From Wallemia ichthyophaga EXF-994 (Eukaryota; Fungi; Basidiomycota): 32,000 bases of DNA. Positions 19,215-32,000 of the stretch are shown one piece after another. A model generated the notes under the pieces. That model did not search any database. It was not told the origin of the DNA and worked only from the letters and a program-made list of their open reading frames with translations. Both the position numbers and the translations under genes were made by a program. Where the stretch lies: the NCBI RefSeq assembly GCF_000400465.1, contig NW_008806277.1:210001-242000 (forward strand), given 5' to 3'. Numbering within the stretch: position 1 is the stretch's first letter; each line of letters begins with the position of its first letter.

Positions 19215-21910
19215 ATGGAGGAATAGTGAGTGTATCGGCTTGTGATTCTTATTCTAATAAATTCATAGTGCACCGCTTACACCAACATCAATCCCTTCGC
19301 CCACAACTTCCTCAAAGGAGTTATACAACTACGGCTTACAGTACCCTCCCACTCCCAAACAACACAAGTCAAATTGCTTGCCAGAATCCTCTAATCATGC
19401 TGCCACCTTAAATTCATCTAATCCACCTTTGTTGAAGCTCCTTGGTATTCCACAAACAGGTGCTAAATCTAGAGTCGAGACTCAAATCAAGATCATTCTC
19501 CAGCTTGAGAACATTCCCAATAATCAATGGAACTTTATCAGACTTCCCTATGGCTCAGCTTCGAAAAAGAGATCTAAGAGAGGTGCACCAATGCCTTACG
19601 ATGTACCTAGGCACAATACCCTCTATCTGGAAACCCAAGTCAACTGTGCAACTGCTCCTTATTGTCCCGTCTATGCTTGTTCTCCTTGCAAAGAACGTGA
19701 AAAGAAGCGTTTCCAGCGTAAACGTGATGCTAGAAGACGTCCAAGATCGAAATCTGATGATGAAGGTCAAGACGACGCTCTACTCAATTCCGCTCCCTTA
19801 CCCGTTAAAGATCAATGGGAGCGTAATAAGATTACACTCTTCAATTGTGGTGAACTTGTCCCTCTCAGTGAGGATATCGCTTATGAAGGTGCTCAACCAT
19901 TGCCAACCGCTGTTCTTCCAACGCGCGTCACTTGTTACTGTAGGCATCACCGTGAAAAGACCGGTTTTACAATAGGCTTTACCCTCAAGCAACACGATGG
20001 CAGCGTTGTTGCATCAAACAAATCACCACCGATTATGATCACGGATGATCACAAGACCTCAACAGGTAAAACGTCTAATTACGGTGAGCAAAGCTCAATC
20101 AAATGTCGCAACCCATTGAAATCTACAAGAGGTATCAAAGATGACGCTCTACTTGCTCAATCCGATACCAATGACAGAAAACCTTATACGAGAAATACTA
20201 GAAGGCAAAACTCACCTTTGGAGATAAATCTCGCCAATAGTTCTAGTCAATCATTCGTATCACCATCTGATTACTCAATGAAGAATGCCCTCAACACCAC
20301 TCCCTCAACAACCCCCAGTCCACCCAGGAGCATCAAAAAGTCTTTGATAGGAGACCTTGAAGGCTCAGCAGGCTTACCCAAAACCTTGGAAGAGTCTCTC
20401 GTCAAGTTTGAACATACTGATGAGCTCGAGACGTATTTGACGTCTAGCTTGAGTGTGCAATCACCTATACAGTTGAATGATTCAGCTAATACGTTAGATG
20501 AATCCAATTCGAAAGGCAACAATCCAACGTTTGATTCAGAAGTAGATAAATACATCGAAAGTTCTTGGGTGGATGATGGTATTAGCAGAAACGAAAGCAT
20601 TAATATATACAATGGTCCGAAAATTTCTAGAGTTGTACCATTTGAGGGACCTACAAGGGGTGGTACAGAGATTACAATCCTCGGTCAACACTTTCCCGAT
20701 GGGTTGACTGTATACTTCGGTTCAAATGCTGCATCTAGGGTCACGAGATGGGGAGAATGTACACTAGTATGTTTGTTGCCGCCTTCGTCCAAGCCTGGGA
20801 CTGTAAGCGTCTCATTAAGAGGATATAATACGAGCGATGAACAACATGGAGACAATCCATTGACTTTCACGTACATCGATGAATCGGATAAAGCTTTAGT
20901 TAGTCCCTTCTCTTTCACGTATTTCAAAGCTGACAATCACCTAGATGGAGCTCGCCTTAAAAGTTCTTGGTTACAATCTCACAGGTAAATATGAGGATGC
21001 AAGAAACGTTGCAATGAGAATCGTGGGAACCGAGAATGGCGAAGGGCAAGTGGATGATAAAGCAAGCAATACTTTGAGTGCCACCAACTTTGATCTTGAA
21101 GCATTCACAATTAATGCGCTACGATTGCTCGATTACAGACAGAACGTCGATAGTTTAAACCTTCTCAATAAACAAAGACAGACGATACTACATTTATCCT
21201 GTCAATTGTCAATGGTGGAACTGACTCAAAGCCTGATTGAATGTGGTGCAGATGTAAACGCAAGGGACATCAATGGATTCACACCGTTGCATTTCGCTTA
21301 CATCAGTAAATCTGAGAATTGCGCAAGAATGTTGTATAATAGCGGCGCAGATGTTGAGGTTGTAAACGCTTGCGGTATTTCTGCAAAGGAGCTTGGTGAA
21401 CTTACGTACTCGAATAAGCTCTCGATACAAGACAGTGAAGACGCTGATGACGAAATCAACTTCTCAAGCGCTGAGGACGACTCGTCATTAGATGATAGAG
21501 TAAGTAAAAGCAACTTACTGCAATCAAATGACAGAGGGACGATTAAAGATCTTGAAAAGAAGGATAATGAGGAAGAGATTGGCTACCAAGAGAAGGCACT
21601 TGAAGTGTTTTTAACAAATCTTAGTACAAAGCTAAGTGAAAAGACCGGTTGGAATCCCGCTGGCACCACATCTCGCTTTACTAAAGTGGAAATGGAAGCA
21701 AATGGAGAAAGTCTCGTCGATGAGGAGGATTGGTCAACGAGAGCAAAGAAAAGAGCGCAAAGCGTCGTTGAGGACGTCCGCCTAATGTTGTTTTGGGCAC
21801 CGGTGCTGCTTTTATCCTTGGTTTTCTCGTTCATCTCAATAGCACCGTTCATTAATAGGGTCGGTAACCAACTAGCACCACTACTAGGACTACAAGCAAA
21901 TTCTGAATAA
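19215..21910 (+). CDS. Spt23/Mga2-like membrane-bound transcription factor (DNA-binding domain, IPT/TIG, ankyrin repeats, C-terminal TM)
   Basis: KSRVETQIK, RVTCYCRHHREK.GF, PIMITDDHK, IPT (ISRVVPFEGPTRGGTEITILG), MELALKVLG, ankyrins (QTILHLSC, NGFTPLHFA), hydrophobic C-terminus. Introns after the MEEY exon and at 20899-20944. Confidence 0.88.
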
Positions 21911-21995
21911 CTTTTCCTGAATTTAATCTGAACATTTTTGTTTTGTTTTTCTTATTTGTTGAATAATGATATATGTACTTTTGTCAAGGATCATC

Positions 21996-23971
21996 ATGAG
22001 AGTTGCTGTGGTTGGATCCGGTATCAGCGGGCTTAGTGCTACATGGGTTAGTTCTATCGGCTGTGACATGAATACAGATTAAATTTGGTATAAAGCTCCT
22101 TAATGAGTATAGTGACGTTGAAGAGGTACACATCTTCGAAGCCAACAACTACTTTGGAGGACACACGAAGTGAGTGCATCGAAAGACGTGTGAGTTTTAA
22201 TCATATTGTGGAATACAGTACCGTGGAATTCAGCAAAGGCGACAACGATAAGAGTGTTGATGTAGATACGTAAGCTTTGCCACAGTGAGGAAAACAAATC
22301 TAAAGCAGATCATCACAGGGGATTCATAGTATTTAAGTGAGAATAGTCACTTAACTTGGTTTCGTATAATAATGGTTGATAGTGAAGTGACGTATCCGAA
22401 TATGATCAAGATGTTAAACTTGAAGGGAGTCCCGATCATTGATTCCGATATGTCATTCTCAGTATCGAGGAACTCCGGCTCTTTTGAATGGTCAGGGTCA
22501 GGTTTGAATGGCTTATTTGCTCAAAAGTCAAACATCTTCAACCTTGATCATTATGCCATGATTTTGTAGGTCCGATGATTATCGATAGCCTTAATTTTGA
22601 CGTCATAAAAGTGATATAGTTCGATTCAATGCGCTGTCTTTGGACTTGCTAGATGAAAAAAACAGTATGTCCGATATTACGATCGGCGATTACCTTAGGA
22701 AGGAGAAGTATTCGGCAGCATTCATTAACAATTACCTCATAGTAAGCTTCTTTTCTCACAACATGCCATTCCCATTAAACATAATTCGTAGCCAATGAGT
22801 GCAGCTATTTGGAGCACACCACCTGATTCTGTAGCTTTAGATGTCGGTGGTGCTTTATCTCTCGTGCTTCCAAGCTAACGATTATCTTAGTTCCCAGCCA
22901 GTACTCTTATTAGATTCATGTTAGTGGCTTTTCAACGGTGAAATCAACTAAATGACGTCAACAGGCACAACCACCATTTACTTCAAATAGCGGACAGAAC
23001 ACAGTGGTTGACGATAAAAGGAGGATCGTAGGTTTGTTTTCATTGTTTTTCAAATAGTTTTAATTAAACGGTTAGTAAATACTACGTTAATGAGATCATC
23101 AAGAATATGAAGGAAGGAACAACACATTTGTCAACACCTATAAGTAGTCTCAGACGTCTACATAATGGGACAGTTGAGCTTTCAACCGCAAACGAAGATA
23201 CATGGTTTTTCGATCACGTCATTCTCGCTACACATGCTGATACTTCTATGTCAATTATCAATGAAGACTTGAGTGAAAAGGAAAAGGGTCTTTTGAGCAA
23301 CTTTAAGTTTTCTAGTAACGAGGCTGTACTTCATTACGATGAGAAGGTGTGCTAATTAGCTCACAGCATACACTTTAACCAAATACTCACAGCTCATGCC
23401 GACAAGAAGAGAAGCATGGACTAGCTGGAACTTTTTGAGCAATGCTGACGAGAAATCTAACGTTAATAATCAAGTTTCATTGTGAGTTGATACTTTTATA
23501 AAGAAATTAGACAATGACAACATTCCAAGAACGTATTGGATGAACTTATTACAAAGTTTGAGTGAAGAGAATTATGGAAATGTTCTAGTAACACTGAATC
23601 CACCACTCGAACCAAGAGAAGATTGTGTTATTGGTAGATGGAGCTATGAACACCCTTTGATAAGCGCTGATGCGGTTCAAGCTCAAGGTCCGATGAATGA
23701 AATACAAGGTAAAGATGGGTTAAGCTTCGCAGGTGCATGGTTGAAATATGGGTTCCATGAGGATGGCTTTATATCAGGTTATAATGCCGTAAAGACAATA
23801 AATGGCTTGACAGTAGCGGCACCATTTGATTTAATTTCACCTGAAAGACAGGTAGATCAGGTTAATGCACAAGTACGATTTATGCTCTACATACTGCAAT
23901 ATCTGAGAATGAACAAGGTGTTGATATCATTTGTAGTGATTATCGCGTCTGTTTACTTGTCAATTGATTAG
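21996..23971 (+). CDS. FAD/NAD(P)-binding amine-oxidase-fold protein (COG2907-like), many short introns
   Basis: MRVAVVGSGISGLSA (GxGxxG), EA..YFGGHTNT, DVDTGFIVFN..TYPN, SDMSFSVS, FDHVILATHAD, N.AVLH.D, SWN, YEHPL, FAGAW..YGFHEDGF.SG, reconstructed across introns. Confidence 0.85.
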
Positions 23972-25877
23972 ATAGTCTATTATTATAGTGTTCAATATTG
24001 CTTGATAGTCTCGATAAACCGTTTTCAGATAGACTCAGCCGATTGTCCTCTAATTGAGAAGTGATTTGATGATAATTCAATGAGTTCCCACCACTAATTC
24101 GTGTCAAACAGTCCAATAAGGCAATCTTGTTGTTGTATTCGGAAAACAGTGCAACGAAGGCGACCATGGTCTCTAGATTTTCATTGGGTATCTTATGACT
24201 GAAAAGATTTTCAACAATGTTCAAAAGTGGTCTATTGAATAGATTAGATTTGTCGAGTAAATTATGTGATATAGTCAGATGCAGGAGAATTGAATGCCGT
24301 CTATAAATAGTGAGGTGATTGTATTTAGCTAGAAGGTAAAGTTGATAATTTAATTGTGCAAGGTTGATGGTTTTACTGTTTATTGTGTGATCTAAACATC
24401 TTAATATTATGGACTTTGATGGTTTATGATGACGCGACTTATCTAATTTGATTAATAAATTAGCCACAGGACGATCGACTAATATGTGAAATTTGATGAT
24501 GATTTCTAGGAAAGGCAAAGGATCGATACTTCTTTCATTGAGATCGATCAAAATTTTATCGATCAAGTCAAAGGACTGGGTATTCAATAATTGATTAATC
24601 AAAGTGCCATACGTTTCACTAGTAGGATGTAGACCTCTATCTAAAGCGTAATTGAATAGTTGAAAGGCTTGAGAAGGAGAGTTTTGAGCTATTGATAATA
24701 AAGATAAATTGATATCCTTCAAGTCAGGCATGATAGATCTGGATAGTAGATGACGAAAGACGGCCAATGAAGCGCTAGAGTTGCCTAAATATAGACACAT
24801 TCTTGATAGAGCGTTTAATTGGATGTGATTATAATCTGAAGGTTTAGAATCCTTCAAGTAATTATCAAAGATAAGATTAGCTAGTTTGAAATTATCAGAG
24901 TTACCCTTTTGGTTTGTTAGAAGCCTTATGATTGATAAAGTGAGATTTGAAGAATGTGTTGGAGATAATTGAGATGATGGTAAGTTAGGATAAGCGAGTT
25001 TGATGATGTCAGATTGATTTAATTTACAGCAATTAATGAGAATTGAAGATTGAATGGATGGTTCCAGTAGATTGAATTTATTAGTCTCTAATAATGATAG
25101 GGTGAAAGCTTTGTGATTAGATTTTAGATTCTGGGAGGATAGATGGTTGGATATTGTTAAAAGAGATAGTTGCGGAGGTGTGTAAGTATCTTTAACTTTT
25201 AAATAAAGCTTGTATAAGTTGTTGTTGTTGTTATTGTCCTGTAATTCCACCAATAAACGGAATAAACCATCAAAATGAGTTGTAGGGAGTTGATAATCTA
25301 ACTTGATCAAGTACTTTAATAGTAGATTGATAGCTGATTTATCGCCATCCATGATAAAATGACTCATAATAGTATTTAATAAGTTATCTTTGTAGTCAGT
25401 GGATGATGAACATTTTAGTAGTGAAGATGAGTATCGTAATGCTAGATCGCCTTTACCATAACGTAAAGAGATTAAGCAGGAATAGTTGAGAATGATAAAT
25501 TTAATGTTATTCAGGTTATTCGAATCGTTAATATTATTGATATGGTTAGTGAAACCAGAGTCGTTTAGATGATTAAATAGAGATTGTGCTATTGTCAAAG
25601 AGTTTTTATCATCAGAGTTAATAAGCCATAGAATAACATTTAAGCAATCATAGAGTGAATCATAATTCTGATAATTGATTGTGAAAGGTGTGGATGGAAC
25701 CGATGAAGTCAAGAATGGTTTAAATCTATCCAAATTTTGATTTATAGTTTCCAATTTTTCATGCAATTGATTGTAATTTGATAGACTGATAGATTTATCA
25801 CCAAAAACCAACGTTCTGAATGATCTATTGATACTAAATTTAAACTTCTTATCGATTAGTCTATTCAAAATTCTCAT
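23940..25877 (-). CDS. Intronless 645-aa protein with probable degenerate PPR repeats (putative mitochondrial RNA-binding)
   Basis: Long open frame with PPR-like helical repeats (SIMPDLKDINLSLLSIA; GLHPTSETYGTLINQLL) and a basic, presequence-like N-terminus. Confidence 0.6.
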   Translation of the reverse strand: MRILNRLIDKKFKFSINRSFRTLVFGDKSISLSNYNQLHEKLETINQNLDRFKPFLTSSVPSTPFTINYQNYDSLYDCLNVILWLINSDDKNSLTIAQSLFNHLNDSGFTNHINNINDSNNLNNIKFIILNYSCLISLRYGKGDLALRYSSSLLKCSSSTDYKDNLLNTIMSHFIMDGDKSAINLLLKYLIKLDYQLPTTHFDGLFRLLVELQDNNNNNNLYKLYLKVKDTYTPPQLSLLTISNHLSSQNLKSNHKAFTLSLLETNKFNLLEPSIQSSILINCCKLNQSDIIKLAYPNLPSSQLSPTHSSNLTLSIIRLLTNQKGNSDNFKLANLIFDNYLKDSKPSDYNHIQLNALSRMCLYLGNSSASLAVFRHLLSRSIMPDLKDINLSLLSIAQNSPSQAFQLFNYALDRGLHPTSETYGTLINQLLNTQSFDLIDKILIDLNERSIDPLPFLEIIIKFHILVDRPVANLLIKLDKSRHHKPSKSIILRCLDHTINSKTINLAQLNYQLYLLAKYNHLTIYRRHSILLHLTISHNLLDKSNLFNRPLLNIVENLFSHKIPNENLETMVAFVALFSEYNNKIALLDCLTRISGGNSLNYHQITSQLEDNRLSLSENGLSRLSSNIEHYNNRLSNQLTSKQTR

Positions 25878-25953
25878 TTGCTGATTTATTCGTTAACATC
25901 AACTCCTCTGTATCCGCCTTATCAACTCACGATCCCCTATATCAATTTAGCTC

Positions 25954-26202
25954 ATGGGCAAATCTGCTAAATTCACAAAGAAACCTTTAAATAAAAAATT
26001 ATCAAAAAACAAAAATATAAATGCATCGTCTAGCTCTAATACTACAAGCCAGAAACATCCCACAACGAATCCTCCGCCACCTTCACACTCCGCAAAGCGT
26101 AGAAACAGAATTGTACAGCTATCAAATCAAGCAAAGGAAGCTAAATCAAAGGGCAGAACTGTGTTAGACGATAAAGATTATTTGAAATTATATGAAAAGT
26201 GA
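25954..26202 (+). CDS. Small basic hypothetical protein, 82 aa
   Basis: ATG in an A-rich context, K-rich MGKSAKFTKK start, ends VLDDKDYLKLY. Function not recognised; a further 3' exon is possible. Confidence 0.55.
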   Translation: MGKSAKFTKKPLNKKLSKNKNINASSSSNTTSQKHPTTNPPPPSHSAKRRNRIVQLSNQAKEAKSKGRTVLDDKDYLKLYEK

Positions 26203-26412
26203 AATATTTGTAAAATTATTTTGGTTTTGCAGAGAAAATGAGAATACATATTATATTTTACACATAAGGATTATTATACATCAAAGAATATCATCTATGG
26301 AGTCATCTGCTGCTCACGTTTGCGCGATTGAGTTTGGTTGGTTCCCTACAATCTAAATAAGTAAGTAATTAATTCTGATATTAAACCATCTTATCAATAT
26401 ATGCACCTCAGT

Positions 26413-28472
26413 ATGACTGCTTATCTACCCCGTCAACAGTCTCAGCCCGCTTCCTCCTCCCCTATCGAATCTGAGTTTCCGCCAATCTATCTCAATACTC
26501 CAAACACTTCCCCTAAAATCAAAGATCAAGATATCGACGAAGAAGCTCTAGCCGACGTGTCTTTCGCGTCTTCAATCTCCATAACAACGAACTCTCCTTC
26601 ACCTCACAAATCTCAACCGAATTCAAACTTACCTTTGAATGATCTAAGTTTAAATGAGAATCAGACTATTAAGTCTAACAATCCTTACAATACCACCTCA
26701 AGAGGTAAAAAGCGCGTTGGCTTACCTGCAATGTGGTCCGTCACAAAGCAATCTATATCCCCACCCAACTCTTCTAAAAACAAAAGAAATGCTGTTATGT
26801 TTGAGCCTAAATCTGTTAGTTTTCACCTCTTTAAATGCGTTTTTGACTTATTCATTCCCTACAGACTATTATCCCTTCCTCGCCTCCATCCTCTCACCAC
26901 CATTCTGGTAGCTTAGATAAAGCTGATGAAAGTTCACAATATGTCTCTCAAAACAGTTATCAGGACTCGTCTCCAGAGTCTAAGTCTTCAATTAGACCTA
27001 GAGCTCCTTCTGAACCTTCAAAACCCGACATCTATTATCATAACCCATCCTCTCCGGAAAGAGTAAAGAAACCAAGACTTTCTCCTTTGAAACCCCCTTT
27101 CATGTCTATCAAGACCTTAGGTAGAGCTTATTCTGCACCAGACAACTACGTTGGTCAATCAAAAACTATCTCAGGCACTCTCTCTCCTTATCAATCATCT
27201 CAATCTCCTAATTATTCAAAGTATAAGTCTGCCCCAATACGCGAGCGTAGACAAAACAAAAAGAGCAGACCTCCAATGCCCTCATTCGAACAACAATCAC
27301 CTTCATTGTTCAATAATGACCATCAATCTGAAAACCAACCTGATAAATCAAACAAAAAACCCTTCGCTAAACCCGCATTCAGAAGAGCTTTCTCTTTAGT
27401 TGCTCCAAATCCAATGAACAATGTCCCATCACCGGGTGATATTGACTCTTCACCATGTGCTGATGCTTCTCCGTCAATAAGACCTTTATCACAACAAATT
27501 CAACAAAAAAACACTTTTAATAGACCTTCAGGTCCTTTGAGAGCTCTATCTTCTTTACAAGGTCCTGCGATTTCTCCTAGAGGTGTTCAAATTCCTGGTT
27601 TCGGTCATAGTGAAAAGGAGGGTAAACTTTTACCTTGTTTCAACGTTAAGGATGATGGCTTAATGAGAGTAAACCCTGATGTCGTTGATGACTTGATATC
27701 CAACCCTCTGCCAAACAATATTAGTGATTTACACATCGTTGATTGTAGATTCCCATTCGAATATGCAGGTGGTCATATTCCAGGTGCTGTTAATCTTGGT
27801 ACTCTTCAAGCTGTTGAGAATCATTTCTTAATACCAAACTCTGGTATTAATCAATCATCTTTCTCTTTACCTACACCCTCAACTTCTGCATCTAATAATG
27901 AAAATAGTCGAAAAGTTATTATTTTCCACTGCGAATTCTCAAACATGAGAGCACCTACACTCGCAAAGCACCTTAGATCTTTAGACAGAAGTCGCAATGA
28001 ACATCCTAACCTAAATTTTCCGGAACTCTATATTTTATCAGGAGGTTACGCGGAATATTACAAACAATATAATTTTAAAAAACCTTACTTGAGATATACA
28101 CCGATGGATGCACCAAACTTCCATCCAGAACGAGAAGCTCATCTAGCTGCATTCAGAGCCTCATCAAAACCATCTTCCATGGGTGGCGGACCAAATATGG
28201 GATTAAGGTCAAAATCGTTTACATTTGCAACTAACAGCTCTAGATTGACAAATGTTTCAAAACTACTACAAGATCAGACAGTACATGAGGAGTGTAGTGA
28301 GATTTCAATGGATGCCTCACCTTGCGCGCCTTCACAGAAAAGTAACAGACCTCCATTACTTAATAGACACAAATCACTCGCTAAGTTGCAAAGCTCGCCT
28401 CTTAAATTAGACAGCGACAACGATTCACCAATGAAGATAAAAAGGGACTTGACTTTTGTTGATCGGTCATAA
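26413..28472 (+). CDS. MIH1: M-phase inducer phosphatase Cdc25/Mih1
   Basis: Rhodanese/Cdc25 domain VDCRFPFEYAGGHI.GAVN, active-site IFHCEFSNMRAP, YILSGGY..Y, PM. S/P-rich N-terminus joined by an intron GTTAGT...CCTACAG (about 26815-26862). Start codon uncertain (26401 or 26413). Confidence 0.87.
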
Positions 28473-28598
28473 TCATCAAAACGTCTCAAACACTCTTTCT
28501 CAAACACACTCTCTCAAACATTCTTTCTATTCAGTATTTTGTTTATAGTTGTATATGTTTATATAAATACACGGTATTATTCAAGCTCAAACTCAAAA

Positions 28599-29307
28599 TC
28601 AAATACCCAATCGCTCTTCTAACTCCTTGTTTTGAAGTTTCAGTGTTTCTATAGTGTTCATATCTGACTTTTGCTGTGTTATATGCCCAAGATATTCCTT
28701 GCGTAGATCTTCATATTGAGATTGTAATTCTGTATACATTCCTGCACGCTCTTTGACATTTGAGAGTGTTGAACGATGTTCATTGTCTAATTCGAGCTGC
28801 CTTTCTTGTTGTAATACATATAATCTCTTTGATAATTCGTTAACGGTGGTATCCTGGAATGTCTTTCTAGCCGCAAGTCCAACACTCAGTTGATTCTCCA
28901 GCAAACTTATCTTTGATAGTAACTCCTGATTCTCCTTACTCAACGCAAAGGCTGCTTCAGATGATTGCTGGTATTGTTGCCTTAGGAAGTCATTATCCTC
29001 TACTAAACCGTTTATACGTCTGTCATTATCTTCAACTTGTGCGCCTAATCTGACATTCTCGCCAACATTCCTTTCGTGATCCCCTTGGAGGGCATGAGCA
29101 AACTTTGTGAATTGATCGAATGGATTGAGCGGCTAATAATGTTAGATGATTTTTCACTTTAACTTACTACCTTACTGTTTCTGGTGCTTCTTCGACATTG
29201 ACGTCCTTTGACTCGTTATCTTTGACTCTCACATCATCCTCATTTGGCTGCTCAATAATTACCGCTTCAACTACTGCATCATCTTGCATCGGTACATTAT
29301 CCTCCAT
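28599..29307 (-). CDS. Hypothetical coiled-coil protein, two exons; start uncertain
   Basis: An acidic N-terminal exon joined by a GTAAGG...TTAG intron to an open frame with E/Q/L/K heptad character that includes the listed ORF 28599-28943. Confidence 0.55.
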
Positions 29308-29472
29308 TTCTTGTGTACTGGCAGAATAACTTGATGATGACCGTTGGTTCTTATCCGTTAACTCATAAGACTTGTAATAAGAATAATAAATTCACTTTAC
29401 AATTATATAATGCTAATTTGTAATCGTACAATGCGAAATAGTTATGCAATGAAGTGATTGCCGTTACGGAAA

Positions 29473-32000
29473 TCAAAGCTGATCGTCATCAACAACAAAA
29501 CCATCCTCATACTAAAGAAATCAAAGTTAGAAATATTTTAGTGTATAAGTTTACCCAAACTCACATCATATGTATCATCTGGATCAGCTACGTTTGGACT
29601 ACTAGAAAGCAACATCGGCCTATGGGCTGCCTCTTTCGAACCAAGCATAAACCCTACAGGATTCCTTATAGGTCCTGCATTAAATTGTGGTCCACCTCCG
29701 TTTGGTACCTGAGTTGCTAAACCCATTACATAAGCTGCTTGCTGATTATAATCAATGTCATTATTAATGAGCTGACTTTGATCACCAGCAACAAAATCAA
29801 TATCACTTTCCGATAGTGCTTCTACGTCACTTGATCTCTCATCTCCAGAAGCATCTTCATTTTCAGAGACTTGAGCATCCAGATCTAAATATTCACCATG
29901 CGTCATCATCGTTCTACTACGCTTTGTTGTTGGCTGAGGAGGCATTGGTGATGTATTCGATGATGATCTCTGTCTTAATCGTTTGAATGGATGATAGGGT
30001 GTACCACGGGGTGAGGATGAGATGAGTGATTTGCCTGTTGTGCGAGGTGCAATAAGACTCTGACCAGGTTTACGGACAACCTGTGATTGATCGGGCGATC
30101 CATTACTCAATATTGATTTCGGTTCATAATGAAATGGCTTGATATATGTGTTCTCCTGAACATTCATTCGTGTGTTGTTGACAACAAGCGGAGATGAGTC
30201 AACTGACATGCAGCTGTTGTTTGCATTTTTACCACCCAATGGTCTTGCTGGCGTTTTAAATGTTTCATCTTTACGCTTAGCGTTGTCATTCTTTCCGGGA
30301 ACGACCACGGGACTGTCAACTTGATCAGAATCAAGGTCAATGACTGGTGAATCTTGAAATAGTAGTCTAGGTGCTTTAAACCCTTTTTTACTTCTCTTCT
30401 TGCTTCCAAATGGTGGCTCTGACGGTGACTTTAAGATCGGTGGTTTGTTCAGGACCAAGACTGGTGAAGATGTTGGTGACATTGGCGTTGGTGATCTCGT
30501 ACGCTGTCTTTTTGTACTCTGTGTAGGCTTGGGAGACTCTACCTCTTCTTCGTCATCATGGAGAGTGATTGAATGAGTTCGCAATGACAACGTCTTTGAT
30601 AAAGCGGCCACTGATTGATTGGATTTACTTGCTTGACTTGCTTGCCGTCTTACAGCATGACTTGGCTGCCTTTGTAATTGGCTGGGTTTATTCTTCAACT
30701 TCTCGTTTCGCTTCGACGAAGGACCTGAGGGCTCAAGCTTCAAGGGCTGCACTTCCTTCTGTGACTGAAAGTCATCTATGCCCTTTTTTAGTGCTTCATC
30801 TTCAGAATCTGATTCGACGTTCATAGCAGCAGTGTCTGTTTTCTTTTCAACGAGATCACTAGCATTAACAAACCCCGAGGTAGCTTGTTCTGGGACGTTA
30901 CGAAGAGGATTTTCATTTCTTTTCCGCTTTGGCTTTGAAGCCTTCGTGAAGTTACGGATGTTTGAACTAGAAGAGTCTTTCTTGATGTTTTTCTTAGTTA
31001 AGCTTTCCCATTCTTCAACCTGAACATGTCTCTTCTCACATTCAGGTTCAACGTCATGTGGAATTAACCGTTCAACATCGTTGTATAATGCCACTTGATC
31101 TCCCGAAACAATATATGCTTGAACATCCTGGTGCCTAGCTTGTGCTTCATCCCAATTTTTATCTTCAAGGTCTTCAGCCATGAGTGTGTGAACGTGTCCC
31201 TGACGCTTTCTGCCAGTACGACCAATCTTTTGTAACATACTGATAGAGCTTCTTCCAGGATCATAGGTTATAGTAAGATCGATATCACCAATGTCCAAAC
31301 CTTCTTCACCGATAGATGTTGAGACTAACACATTAAAAGTCCCATCTTTATATTCATTCATGACTTTCTGTTGTTGTTTTTGATTTAAACCCTTTTTACC
31401 ATTAGATGCTGCTTGTCCGACGAATGCCGCCGCCTATTATGAATCTTGTCAGATATATACTTTTGCATTATTTCCTAACCCACTCTAAGAATAGGAGAAT
31501 GGGTATTGATTTGTTCCACTACTTCGTCCACTGTCTCTCTAAGTGCTGTATGAGTGTGAGATACTGATCTTAAGACAAAGAAAAAACGCACATGCAAAGA
31601 CTATGGCTCTAGTTTCAGTCTTTTCCGTTGAAAAGTTGGTAAAGTGATCCAATAACAGTGATTCTACTTTCTCCATCTTTGGATGACTGAGTCTGCCATT
31701 GCGTCTGGATCGTTCAGACTCTATTGATAACATAAGTTTTTCTATAGTCTTTTTGGTATCTGGATCTTGCTTTTTGCCGCTCAGCTCTTGCAAATTTTGA
31801 TAGAATATCTCAATGCTCTGGATTTGCTGTAAATTGGTTAGCCTTTTTTCTAGCGCAATTAATTGTGAGCTCACCAAGTTCCTCATAGCACGCGTGGCAT
31901 CTCCTGCTTTATTCAAACTACCAAACAAATATTTTTGATGTGGTAATATCCTGCTACGAAGAGCAGTGATCGAATATGGATGAAGCTTCCTCAATTTGTT
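29473..32000 (-). CDS. MPH1: Mph1/FANCM DEAH helicase, 5' part lies outside the window
   Basis: HPKMEKV..LL.DHF, TRAIVF, FVGQA, FNVLVSTSIGEEGLDIG.IDL...YD, motif VI LQKIGRTGRKR, long disordered tail. Last intron 29564-29512, then terminal exon YEDGFVVDDDQL*. Confidence 0.9.

Noticed and set aside
31215-31245. Mph1 motif VI reads QKIGRTGR rather than QRxGRTGR
   Set aside because: Conservative change; the core QxxGRxGR is intact.
2103-31264. Numerous 60-180-aa ORFs antisense to, or out of frame with, real genes (for example 4185-4601, 18564-18845, 19442-19975)
   Set aside because: Shadow ORFs explained by the codon bias of the overlapping conserved CDS.
1-32000. tRNA, rRNA, CRISPR arrays, telomeric repeats
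   Set aside because: No T-loop with a cloverleaf, no rRNA-like tract, no regularly spaced repeats, and no TTAGGG array seen by eye. tRNAscan-SE or Infernal would be needed to exclude them formally.

Overview
Eukaryotic DNA from a very compact, AT-rich basidiomycete-type fungal genome (introns mostly 42-55 nt with GT..CTAAC/CTGAC..AG signals; genes packed with gaps of 0-150 bp). Wallemia is my best guess, which is inference, not a database result. Both flanks carry housekeeping genes: eL28 (with an intronic box H/ACA snoRNA), DUF89/ARMT1, NR2C2AP-like, Ski6/Rrp41, a PPPDE-thioredoxin protein missing both catalytic cysteine motifs, MTAP, Vrg4, NAC-alpha, septin Cdc12, Spt23/Mga2, a COG2907-type FAD oxidoreductase, a PPR-like protein, Cdc25/Mih1, a coiled-coil protein and Mph1/FANCM (partial). 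The main anomaly is an 8.56-kb stretch (5576-14132) without a credible gene. It contains a 1603-bp inverted repeat (5 mismatches, no indels) around a 1079-bp AT-rich core, an older and heavily diverged outer inverted repeat on a different symmetry axis, and an asymmetric GTAC-motif cluster. This layout resembles the IR-core-IR regional centromeres of Komagataella and Candida tropicalis. It is a candidate centromere or invertible element, untested. All alignments were done by eye.
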